A DNA stretch of 64,000 nucleotides, taken from contig CM060732.1 in the NCBI GenBank assembly GCA_030704615.1, positions 66,402,001 to 66,466,000 of the forward strand, read 5' to 3'. The notes below the pieces were generated by a model. The model saw nothing but the letters and a program-made list of their open reading frames with translations, ran no database searches and was not told the DNA's origin. This document shows positions 12,616 through 25,078 of this stretch, piece after piece. The translations under genes were made by a program, and so were the position numbers. The DNA is from Takakia lepidozioides (taxonomy: Eukaryota; Plantae; Bryophyta). Within the stretch, counting starts at the first letter, position 1; each line of letters begins with the position of its first letter.

Positions 12616-15600
12616 CTCTTCCTGCTGTCCTTGAAGGATTCTTGAATGCTAGAGCAATACTCACTAACTGTATGAAACGGCAGAAGCCATACACACCTAC
12701 ACGATGCCTCCCAAGCTGACTGAGGAAGTTTAAACCTGTTTAAACAGGGTTTAAACTTGATTATTCAACTAGATCTTTGTTGCTACAACTATCGGACCTG
12801 GTTCCCAATAAATGCCTAGAGCTAGAGGAAAGATTCAGCACAGGCAATTACCGTGACAGTTCAGTCAGGTCCGAAGATAAAGATAAAGATAAAGATAAAG
12901 TCGAAGAAGAAGAGGGAAAAAAGAATTGTATATATATTCACTGTTGGAGGCCCAAAGGGTCTCTTCTGTACCGATGGTAAAGGCCCACGGTAATCCCGTG
13001 TTTCATTGAAGTAATTAAATGTGAAGGGCAGTGATCAGATCAGTATTAGCTGTGACTGTTGACTCCCATCAACTTAGAAGAAGTACAAAAAGGAATAAAT
13101 CGGTGGTGCAAGACCAAAAGTAATCTCGAAATAGAAATAATTCCATAAACCGAGGTCATCTCTGATGGACTCCTGATGGAGGAAGGAAGAAGGGAGGCGG
13201 CCCACATAAAGCGGCAGCAAGATGCGCGACAGACTGCAAGAAACTGGGTAAAACAACAGCCGGCTTCAGGCCTTGTGCCACTTGGCCTCCATTGTCTTCT
13301 CTGCCACCCGGTTTTCTGGACTTTGAGCACACTAACACCTTCTCATCAGTTGCTAGATCATATGATCAGCGTCTTCCTAGAAGCTGCTTTATATTCTAGG
13401 CCAAATTGTTGCACTTGATCTGTAACTGTAGTAAGTACACTAGAGCTCTAAGTTAGCAACTATATTCTGCACTTGCCATATTTTTACCTGCAGATCAACC
13501 ACTGCACAGTGCACTCTTCAACTTGTTTAAGTTTTCCAGTGGGATCTGTACCCATCTGTTCATCTTAACAAACCCCTGTGGAGATTCACCACTGCAAATC
13601 GACCTCAACTTTAGTGTCATCTGGAAAGTGGGACTCTACTACAGTAGTGGGTATGTTCGGTTAGGAGCAACACTGCAGTGGAAAAAATAACCACTACTGG
13701 GGCCGTAAAGGCTAACTGGGGATTCATCTAATTCTTGTCCCGAAGTAGTTTTCCCTGACCTACCGAGAGACTCACCAGACTTAATCATCATTATTTTTAT
13801 TTTTTATTTTTGAAACTGTTCAATTTTTTTTCTTTTTTTCTTTCTTTTTGGAACAGGCTGAGGGGACAGAGGCTGGAAAGTTTTATTTGGAATTATTGGG
13901 GGAAAAAAATAAAACCCCCAGCACACCATAAGGCACACACACCATAGCCACGTAGAATAAAACACAATTTCCAGGGCCTCTGTCCCCTGTTCCTTAAATT
14001 TTTTCTTTTTTTAAAGTAAAGGAACAAGCCTCAGTTTATTATCGTGGCATTTTTCTTACAAGAAACAAGAAACAGGCTGGGCAACTGCTACATTTTTATT
14101 TTATTTTTATTTTAAGAAGGAAGCCTACAACAGGAGGGGGGGAAATTATTAACCCCCTTTCGTATAACCTCCCCAAAGGAGCGATACGGGTTTACCATAA
14201 GCCATGGAGGCGCACAAAAATCACCATCCCTAGACCGACGGGCCGCGAAATCATAACCGAGGTTTGGAGCATTTCGCATACGTGGCAGCATTTAATTTGT
14301 CCTGGACAGGCTGTCACCCGCCATAGCCCACCACCACCTCGGTTATGTCCGGTAGACGGGCAGGCTTGACCGGCTACAGGGTGTAGCATGACACCAGGGA
14401 ACCCTCAACGCTACAGCGTCTCCGCACTGCTGGTGTCCGGCTACACCCTGTAGCCGGTCTCGCCTCCACGGCTACCTAGTCCATAGCAAGGGGGACAAGG
14501 TAGCACGATTTGAGCCCCAAACCACTGGGTGAAACAAAGTGCACTATCGAACTGCTAATTTTGTCTTTCTTTACAATGACTTTTTATTTTGTGCACTAAG
14601 GTCGCATAGCAGCATAGCAGTCTATTTTGGAATGATTCCGACGATCCTAACAAAGCATAGACGGGTATTCCAAGACCCGATTGATTACGTGGCACCAAAT
14701 CGGGCCATACAGTATTTTACCGCTTCCGCTACACAATGCCACCCAAGCAAGAGCCTAAGAAATATTTGTTGTCCGCGTACTCTTGTGATGTACCACAAAT
14801 GTCAAATTTTAGATGTTATTTTAGTTTTTAACTTGTACATGAACTGATTTTACTAGCTTTGTGATACATTGGGAACAACAATGTGCATGTATTTTTCAGG
14901 GTGACGTGTGACTTCCTTCTCAAAGTTTCTATATAAAACGTGTTTTGGCTCCTCTCTAGAGGAGACCCCGCGGAGACCATGCATGAGTGTCAAAAAATAT
15001 AGGGAGTAGGTAGCCTGATGCCAAGAACAAGTCATGATAGTTGCAGCAAGTCATCCATAAACTCAGCGCCAGAACCAATGTTGGGGCCGTTTTCAGAGGG
15101 CCGGCCAAAAAACCGTTGATTATCTGCCCCGTTATATACCCCCGGGGCTTGCGGTTATGAAAATCAAATAAGATGTTTTATTTATAGCCTCCGATCATTA
15201 GAAAAATGCATGCCTACCATATAGGTTGTGACTTGTAACGTTAAGTCCTGATGGTTGAGTTGAGCCTCCCGATCATTGCCCCCAAAAATAGTACTTTCAT
15301 TCTCTCTTTTTTCACTTCTTCTTTTCATTCCTTCTTTACTATGAGATCTGTGGGAGACTCAACTGTCCTCACAGAAGTCTTCCATTACGAGGATCAGAAA
15401 TTTCAATGAGAGCAAATAGTATAGGAGGAAATACAAGTCATTGTCTTCCTTGGGGAGAGAGTATTGGTCTTCGATGGCTGGTACATGTACTCACGCATGC
15501 ATAAAACTATTCTTCCAGGGATCTCAACATTCATTTATAGATATGGATGAAATATTCCCATTACACATGTCTTGATGTAATTCGGAAACTTAATGGGTGC

Positions 15601-18600
15601 TAAGCATCAAAACCCTTTATGTAGTGTTGCCTTAGAAGGGCAGGGTCAATAAACAACTGCTCAGGATCTATACATGGCGGATAAAATATTTTTGAAATGA
15701 ACTGGAATGAGGGACATTTGTCAAAAGGGACTGTTAAGTTCTGAATCTGGTTGTTATTTTTATACTTTATTTTTTATTCTATTTTAATTGTTATAAAAAG
15801 TCCTACTCTCACCTTGCCAGTGTTTTATCTTCTAGCGAAAAATTACTAGATTTCGACCTGGAAAATGGGTTAGCTACATGTACGCAGGAATTATGGGGGT
15901 AAAAATCAAAAAATTAGCCGCAAAGCGCTAGTAGCTGAATATTAGGAGCCTGATTTCTCCTGTGTGGACCTGTTAAAACGTGCCACCTGTCATCTTGCAA
16001 CTTTTCTAACCCTGTCACCTCATTATTCTTGCCGTGAGATGGGTGCGAGTATTTACATGTGGCCCCTCAGGCGATTTTGGAAAATTGAAGAAAATAAACA
16101 CTGACGCACACATACACATATATTATAACATTGGTGGGTTTCAATATGGTTTAACTTACTAGTACAATGAAATATTGGTAACCCTTGTACATAACTACCA
16201 ATTATCATGCAAGAAGGAGAGAACTTATTGGCAAAAACACCATTATAATTTGATAATCAAAACGCAAGAAGACTCAACTAGAGGACTCCTCTAAAAAACA
16301 AGCATAAATCATAGAGTCTATTCATCTTGAAGGACTATTGTCTTCCTTGGAAGGTTGACACTTTGATCCCTCGATCACCTAAGACTTGCACGCGTGATGC
16401 ACAAACACCCAACTTGGCTATATGTTGCAGTGAAAATTGGAAGGTCATTAGATATTGTAAAATCTCAATTAATACATGAAAACAACGGTTATGAGAATAT
16501 TTTCAAATTATAAAACCAGAACCGCCGGTTATCGGGAAAAATTAAAGAGCCGCCTAAAACATGTTTTTTTAATTGCAGCCCAATATTGTTATAGACTTGG
16601 GCCTCGGTGTGGGACCTGCCAAATAATCTACAGGCATGCGATCATAGGATATCATGTAGGGCTTGCTTCATCGATACTCCTTTAGGAATTAATCTAGATT
16701 ATATGAAATAATCCAAGATTGAAAGATTAATCTATTTAATCCAAACTGAGATGGATTATTGCATATTTTTTTAATATCCACAGAATATATTATGGGGAAA
16801 TGAAATTGTGCTCACGTCAGAAGAATTGTGAATGGTTTTGCACCTGGTCGTAATAATGAATGTCATTCTGCGATTCATCAAACACCATCATGCTTTGCTA
16901 ACTAAATTCACACTATAATTTGGGGATAAGAACACACGAAAATACTTTCATGGAGTAAGGATCTGTAGATGCATTAAAAAACGCGCGGATTATTTTTTGA
17001 GTGTTTTTTAGCCAAGAGAGCCGATTTGTACACAGACAGCAACGAAACAAGATCATTTATATCAGAAACGGCAAAACATCGACACAGCTACTGATATGGC
17101 CCACAAATGGAAGAGATCTGCGACGTCCATGAAACCAAAGCACTCAGGAGTTTATATGACTAGGGTACCTGCAGGGAGCAGCAGGGCGTGCGATTCCAGT
17201 CGACCGTTCAAACATCTAGGGGCTCACTTCAACATCCGATCGCTATTCAAGCAGAGGCAAATTAGGAGAGCTTGACCTCAATGACAAACTACCCATTGGG
17301 TTATTCACCATCCCCACAATTCACCATTCATTTCATTGAATTTACATTTTGCCACGATTGTTATCCCAATGACTCGATTTTATAAAAACGTCAAAAATAT
17401 GTCTCGCTTATCCTTGCACAAACAATTTAGGACTTCGTTTCAAAAGCAAGATGCTAAGGCTAAGCTAGCTTGCAAGCTAGCTGTCTAAGCTACTCACTAA
17501 CAAGCAACTATAAGCAAAAAACAAGGAATGAAGTCTTTGAAGTGGTGAGCAAGCTCAACTCCTAATCTACTTATACTAGAAATACTATAAAAAAAACATG
17601 GATGACATCCAAAATCTTTGATGGAATAGGCAATCAACCAGAGAGAGAGAGAGAGGAGACACCAGCCGGAGCCAGAGCCGGCGTAACTAAGAGCCACTTC
17701 GCCTTGCGGCTACTACCCATTTTTGGGGGTGAGCCCTATAAATTGAAAGGTGTCATGTGGGACACGAAGTGGCCGTAGAAAGTAGGGGAGTTTGTGGTAC
17801 CCCTGGATACCCAGGGGTACCCTGAAGGACCTAGGGTGCGTTTGAAGTGCCGGATTCCAGTTGGCGTTTGTTGGTGATAATAGCTGTGAGTGAACGGAGT
17901 GTCGTGAGGTGAATTGCTTTGAAGTATTTGTGGATGGGAAGAGTGGGAATTTTGAAGTTATCAAGTATATCATTGATATTAGCGTTATGAATGCCGCCTT
18001 GAGTACCGGTAGTGATGACGGTTAATGGGCCAGTTTTCCTGCCATACCGTCGGATTGTTGGCTTAAAGCTTAGCCTAGTTGCTTTAGGCAAGCTTGGAAG
18101 AAGCATCTAGTTTATGCTAGGGAGACTATGGAGATCTTAGGACCTAGTGTGTAAAGGCCAAGAGTCATTTTATGTGAAAAATGGGAGCATCTTCCCCAAA
18201 AAGCAAAGAGGTCTTGTCATTTGAAAGTGTGGTGAGCCCTTGAGGTGTGAAGAGGAGGTAGGAGCAACAAACTCCATAAAAGAGGTGATCACTACCCCTT
18301 CCCTTCAAATTTTGGTAGCCCATTTAACCAAGTGAAACCCTGAGTGAAGATAAGAGAGTCTTAGCCCTTGTTCACATGTTTTTTGTGTCTTATTGCTTGT
18401 CCATTGTTGTTGGAAGCTTATATCTAACCTTAGCTTGGTCCTAGCTACCCAAAGAATAGTAGAAGCTTGGGAAAGATGAAGACTAACCCTCCTTAGTGGC
18501 CAAGAGGCCCAAGGAGTGTCATTTATATCCATGTTTTGTCGTTTGGCTTAAGAGTGTAAAAATCTAACCTAGGAGTGCTAACCATGCAGTGGGGTAGCTC

Positions 18601-18988
18601 TAAAGTGGTGTGTGGGTTCTCTTTATGTTGGTCACTAGGCTTTGGTGTTGTTCAAATTGAGGAATCACTAACCCTTGACCTCCAAGATTAACTATGCAAG
18701 GGTTAGCTAGTTCAAGCTTGGAATAAATAGAGGTGTTAGTTTTCTTTTGTCATTTGAAAGTTGAAGAAAAAGAACCTAGAGCAATTAGATCTAACCTTCT
18801 ATAGTCCTTTTCACTAGGCTTCATTTTCCCTTATAGAAGAGAGAGGAAATCAAGAAGGTAGGAAGAAGATTTTTTTTTTGTTTCATTATTGCTTTGTTTC
18901 ATGTCACTGGAAATTTAATAGCTTCCCAACCCAATTTTTAGTGTCTGATTTCATTAAGTTTATACCCCCCATAGCTCATATAAGCTTT

Positions 18989-19008
18989 GGGGGGGGGGGG
19001 GGGGGGGG
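18989..19008. repeat. Poly-G tract (20 nt)
   Basis: Directly visible. Confidence 0.9.
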
Positions 19009-19739
19009 CTTAGTGTTGAATGACTAGTATGTTTTCTCTTGGTGTTGTTTGACTAACCCCAAGGGTTAGTCAAACCCAAAAATGGTTGGCATAAGGATGG
19101 GCTAGTATTCTTTTTCAGGCATGATGGGTTTAAACATGGGCCATGATGGTGGCTTAATGGCTTAAGTCAATAGCCAAGATGGCTATTGCATGGTACTAAG
19201 CACGAACCACGAGACAAGGAGGGAGAGCGTTGACTAGCGCTCCCACGGCTGTCGGTCTGCGCGGTAGTCCCGAGCAACGGGAGCGCGTTCAAATCCCGGC
19301 TGCATTCTATGGCTTAACCCTTTACCCGCTGGGTAAACTGTTGGACCAGGGTACGGGACCTACGTCAGAGCCATTGCAGCTGCGCCACACCGCGGCTGGC
19401 AGGCCCGGCGACCGGCCGATAAAGACATTTTTTATTACCCAGCGGTCCCCCATATTAAGAGGGTGACCATTACATTCTTTTAATGGTGCATTAGGGGGAG
19501 TTTTTGGTGGCTAGTCTTGAATTCTAATGGGCTGCCAAGGTCACCTCGGTGCCGTCATTTATAGTCATAAGAGATGGCTTAGAGCCAAGATGGCTTTGCG
19601 GGGTAACAGAGACACCTCGGCAAGAGAAAGAGAGAAGAAAATCCATAGAAATCGAACCAAGGCTTTTGGGGTTTCAAATGAGAGAGACGACCGGATCTTT
19701 GACAGGTGGCCTTGGCTAGGGATTTTTCTTGGATGGATG

Positions 19740-19912
19740 ATGGTGGATGAAATAAGCAGTATTTTATCTGCATATGGATGTAGGATGGATGCAGATATGA
19801 TGATAAATGCAGTTTTTTATCTGTTGTAGGGATGAATAGTGGATGATAAATACAATTTTTCATTTGTTGCAGGGATGCATAGTGGATGATAAATGCAGTT
19901 TTTCATCCGTTG
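19740..19912. repeat. Tandem repeat of about 43 bp (GGATGATAAATGCAGTTTTTCATCCGTTGCAGGGATGCATAGT), 3-4 degenerate copies
   Basis: Visible repeated units. Confidence 0.75.
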
Positions 19913-22049
19913 TTTGACAAGTCATTTTAGCTCTAAGGGGGGTTTTGAACCTAGGACCTAGAGGCTAGGGGCTATGTATTAAGGGCCTAGGGGGTTGTTT
20001 GGACTCATTGGGCGAATTCCCTATGGTTCCCACATCTTGATAAGAGTTTTTGGGCAATAAAAGGGGGTTAGAGAATTATCTAGAGGCCAAGCCATAGGTC
20101 ATTGGAGGCTTAGATGATTTCTTACCTTATGCCTATTTTTCTAGAGTTAGTGAATTTCCAACCGCAGTAATTAATTTTGAAGTGGGTTTTTTGTTTAGAA
20201 AATTACCAGAAAATAGGGATAGAGGTACATAAATCTAGGATTTTTATCTCTATTTCCTAATTATCAGAGTTTGCCTAGGATAGTATTTTTCCCATTTTTC
20301 TCATCAATATCTATTGCTAGAAAATAGCCGAGTGCACTAGCAAATAGTGGAAGTGGAATATTGTCCAGATAGAGAGCTTTTTGCTAGGCTAGGGTGTGCT
20401 CTCCCCTTCGGATAGCGGAAACATAGGCAGCCCCTTTGATTACACGTGCGATCTGGGGGCGCGTATTGGTAAAGCAACCCAGACTGAAGCGGCTTGCCCT
20501 TAACGCTTCAGGCAGCAGTCATTCTATGAGAAAGAGATCTTCCGGGGACATCGATAGCTCCGGGGTGAAGTCATGTTAACCGTAATAAATAAGTCTTGGA
20601 AGACAATTAGTTAGGAGTAGATTCCGTAGGAGACAACAAACGAATTTTGCCCCGTGAGCGTAGGAGCTGAAACTTATATTTGCTGGTAGTTTAGAATAGC
20701 GGGAGAGGTTCCCTCCATCGACTGCAGACCCTCCGCCAAGCTTAGCGACACACTTCACAGGTGGACGGTTCTTAAACCCAACCCATCTCGTCGCCGGACT
20801 CCAGGCCCCGGATTAACGTTCGTCTTGTTTTCCCCGCGGTTGCGCGTGCGGCAAGGCTTGTCAGGATGTAAGGGTACTAAATTCTCTACCCAAGGGATAT
20901 TCTATTTTCCTCACACAGTCTTTGGGTGCAATGGGGAAATAGAATGTAGAGCAGAGCAATCTGCTCACAGAGGACCTCAGATATAAACCAATCATACAAG
21001 AAACAGGGGCATCATCACAGTTACATCCAAACCACTGACCAGTTATCCAAATACACGATCTTAGTCACACAAATCATTTGAGCTTAAGACTCAAGGTTTT
21101 TTTATATAAAATAATGGGTAATCCATATCATCAGGTGGCGTGTTGTCATTGGCTGCATAGATTATTTTATTCTTCTTTCACACATTAGCAACCTCTTTGG
21201 CTTATCATGTTACTGTTGGCATAAGACAAGAGAGATTTGGCGAAAATTAGGCTATCACTAAATGGCCCCAACAACCCTCTATTTTTCATCCGATAAATGA
21301 ACAGAAAGACATATGTCTTGGGTGGAATCCGTCATTCTACATATGTAAGACTCGCCCACACCAGGAGAAGCAAGCTCCAGCGAGCTTCAGCAATATATCC
21401 AAGCTAGGCTAGTCCAATCCAAATTCAAATACAAATACAAATCTAAATTACGCATCTGATAGAAAAGAGAATCTTCAGAAAAAACCTAAGGGGAAAAACT
21501 TTACAGTGCAAATTGGGTGAAGGTCGACAAAACCCCCATTAGAAAAAATCCCAATCCATCTAAATATAGTTGGTGAAGACAATCCATGCAACACAACACT
21601 AGGGGTAGCTCCACCATTCTCAATGTGAAAGCCAAAATAATGACCAGAAAGCAGGAAGTACATCATCTGCACTCATGCACGGCCAAGGGTTAGAACCACA
21701 CGTCGTCCCTCAACACTGATACAGGTCAGGTCAAATACCAATTTGCATACATGAGAGTAAACCAAGATGAACAGTCTGGGTTAGAAGAGGGACAGAATGG
21801 TGTTGTGGTAACAGCCTGTACTGCCGACCACACAAGATCCCAGCGATTAGATATGGCCCTTCCATTCGTTTTGGTGGAGATGATATTCCCTTGTTGAAGT
21901 CACATAGAAACTGGCCTGAAATAAATTCTTCATAATAACACACCATACGATTATAGATCCGAAACTAAATAACTTAAGCCTTAGCAATGTTAGCTTTAGC
22001 AAATGTCTGCAACTTCAACGACATTACACTATGAGCCCAGGCCATGAGC

Positions 22050-23790
22050 CTGTAAGCCTATGCTCACCTGTTGATGACATGGCATGAATTTGGGCTCATG
22101 CTTGTCACGTGACAAATTTCTAAGTTCAGGCCACGTCATCAACGAGAAATATGACCTATACTCGTGGAACATCACTCCGGACCTATAACCGTAGAAGAAT
22201 GTCCATACAAATTATGATTAGATCTGATTTGCAAGCATAAATGATATTAAATTCAAGTTTGAATATATCAAGAAATGGAAAATAATAGTACGTCTGTCTC
22301 CTCAAATAATGTATTTTTAAAAATATATATATAATAGGAGTCGTCCTAAATTGCGAGCGTCATGACTGCATTTTTAGAGGATTTATTTATTTTATTTTTT
22401 TCCTTTTGTGCAAGCCGTCCTGAATTGCGGTCATCAACGCCGCATTTCTGGAGGGTTATCCATCCAAATAATAATACTAATAATGCTAATATTAATTTAG
22501 TTGGGTGAGAGCCATCTTTAATTGCGATCATTAACAACAATATTTTTGGATTTTTAATAATAATAATAATTATTATTACTTAATTTCTTTAATTTCTTCA
22601 TCAACTACGACATATTTGGAGAGCTATTGCATTTTTTAATTTTTATTTTTTAATTTATTTATATTTATTGTTGTTAGAGCCATCCTGAATTTCGAACGCA
22701 TTTTTGGAGGGTTATCCCAACCAGATTATTATAATTAAAATAATTTTGTTTTGTTTTTTCTTTGGGTGGGAGCTCTCATGAATTGCAATTATCAACGATC
22801 ACGTTCTTTGGAGAGCTATCCCAACCAATTTAAGAAAATCATTTTTTTCTTTTGTTTTTAAACAATGGAAGCCATCCTAAATTGCGGTTAGCAACAATCG
22901 TATTTTTGGAGGGCTGTAGCCACCCACAATTTTTATTTTTATTTTTTTGGAATCATTTTTAATTATAGTGGTCAATGACCGCACTTTTGAAGGGTTGTCA
23001 TGAATGTCATGCAGATGGCATTGGATTATTGCATGGACACATGACTTGAAAGACATATGAATATAAAATGGGGACATCGTTTTTTGCTCATTTTACTACG
23101 ACGTGAGCCCAAGGCGTGAGGTAGGTTCATACTTGTCATCTGACAAACTTTTACTGTCATGCCACGTCATCAATAACAAATATGATCTATACCTGTAGAA
23201 CACCACTTCGGACCTATAACCGTGAAAGAATGTCCATACAAACTGTGATGAATTTTGGTTTGTAAGCATAAAGGATTTGAAATTCATGTTTGAATCTATC
23301 ATGAAATGGAAAATACTAGCAAGTCCGGTCGGCTCCCCCAACAATGTGGGGGTTTTTTTTTTTTTTTTGGTTGGGATATAAGCTGTCATAACTAGCAATC
23401 ATCAACGACTGCATTTTTGGAGGGTTTTTTATTCTTATTTTTTGGGTGCGGACCGTCCTTTAATTGCGGTCGTCACAACGCACATATTTTCGGATAGTTA
23501 TCCCACCCTATTATTATTATTATTATTATTAGGTTAAGAGCCGTCCTGACTTGCGATCGTCAACGACCGCATTTTTTAAGAACTATCCCACCCAAAAGAC
23601 AATATTTTATTATTATTATTATTATGTTTTATTTTATTTTATTTTATTCTTGGTGGGAGCTGTCATGAATTGCGGTCGTCAACTATCGCATTTTTTAGAG
23701 CTATTGCAATCACCAAAAAATAATTTGAGGACTATCCCAACCAATGGATTTTTATTTATTTATTTATTTTTTAGTGGGAGCCGTCCCTGA
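22050..23790. repeat. About 1.03-kb tandem duplication, each unit containing an array of about 55-bp semi-palindromic repeats
   Basis: 22147-22300 aligns to 23179-23330 (GGACCTATAACCGT..AAGAATGTCCATACAAA). About 13 units of GAGCCGTCCTGAATTGCGGTCGTCAACGACCGCATTTTTGGAGGGCTATCCC. Confidence 0.8.
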
Positions 23791-25078
23791 CTGGATCGGG
23801 GATAACGTAAAAATTCTGGTTCCGGATGCTCCCAACCTAGGTAAGTAAGTGCCAAATCGTTTTCTTTTTGAAATGTACTGCACTTGTATACATTCGCATG
23901 AGCATCCAATTCGTGGGATTGACTTATTTTCATACAATAACTTGGTCAACGCGTCAACGAAAGAAACTCCTTTCTTTTTTATATATGGTGAACACCCAAA
24001 TGTGCCAACAACTCTTACGAAGTTCAATTTACCAAAAGAGGAGTTATCCAAGGTAGCCGCAACTAACGCATTTGTGCAACAAATTTGACGGGGAGTACGT
24101 CAAGCTAAAGAGAAGCTGATGGTTGCTCAAAATCGCCAAAAGCAGTATGTAAATGCACGTCGACGGGATGATGAGTTTGCAGTTGGGGATCAAGTATGGT
24201 TGTCTACAACCAATTTATACATCGTTGGATCGCGAAAACTAGGGGCACGATTCATTGGTCTTTTTTCGATCATTAAACACATTGAAGCAGTAGCATTCAA
24301 GCTGGAGTTACCACCACATATGAAGATCCACCCGGTGTTTCACGTTTCTCTACTACGTCATTATGAACCTCGACCGTCAATATTCAAAGATAATCAAGAA
24401 CCACAATCTTTACCAGAGTTGATAGACGGAAATGAAGAGTGGGAGGTCGACCGTGTTTTGAAAAAACGCACATACAAACGAGGGCGGTATGAGGTGTTGG
24501 AGTATTTGGTTTTATGGAAATGATTTCCATTATATGAAGCTACTTGGGAACCGGTGCAAAATCTCGCGAATGCTCAATTGGCAATTCAAGCTTTTGAAAA
24601 TTCGAACAACGAGGACGTTGCTTCTTGAAAGAGGGAAGGATTGTAACAAGGTAGAATCTAGAAGGTTCTAGATAGAGGAAGAAAGTTCCCTAGAAATTTC
24701 CAGAATAACTAGGAATGATCCTAAGAAGTTTGACTTAAAAAAGTTTGACTTGAGGCTCTCAAGTCAAACTTCTAAGATATTTATATTATGGAGAATAGGT
24801 AAAATCTTTGATAAAGTCATATTGTAGAGAATATGTCAAACCTATGAAGGTTGACTTTAGCAAGTATCTTTGATAAAGTCGTATTGTGGAGAATATGTCA
24901 AACCTAGGAAGGTTGACTTTAGGAAGCTTTAACTTGAGGCTCTCAAGTCAAACTTTTAAAATAATCATATCGTGAAGGGTATGTAAACCTGCAATGAAAG
25001 CCTAGAAGGCATCGAGTTGTTTTGGGAATAAGTTGAGAAGTACTTCTGTTCTAGTTTGTGTAGATCCTGGGTGTTACA
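23790..25078 (+). mobile_element. Ty3/Gypsy chromovirus 3' fragment: integrase C-terminus, SH3, chromodomain, PPT, 3' LTR
   Basis: Motifs AQNRQKQY..ARRRDDEFAVGDQVWLST, KLGARFIGLF, LELPPHMKIHPVFHVSLL and EWEVDRVL..EYLVLWK*FPLYEATWEP. Purine tract AAAGAGGGAAGGA lies just before the LTR. Confidence 0.9.
24642..25078 (+). repeat. 3' LTR (437 bp) of the chromovirus
   Basis: TGTAACA...TGTTACA inverted termini directly after the PPT; internal duplication of about 60 bp (24804-24922). Confidence 0.85.

Larger units (their letters stand above)
17400..20863. mobile_element. Non-coding LTR-retrotransposon-like repeat DNA; sub-segment 19915-20863 bounded by TGACAAG...CTTGTCA
   Basis: No credible ORF. 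A 7-bp terminal inverted repeat starting TG and ending CA bounds the sub-segment. Composition resembles 26.7-28.2 kb. No TSD found; outer boundaries are a guess. Confidence 0.3.

Noticed and set aside
20867-22028. Solo LTR bounded by TGTAA...TTACA
   Set aside because: The flanks CAGGA and CTATG do not form a TSD, and no PBS or PPT was identified.
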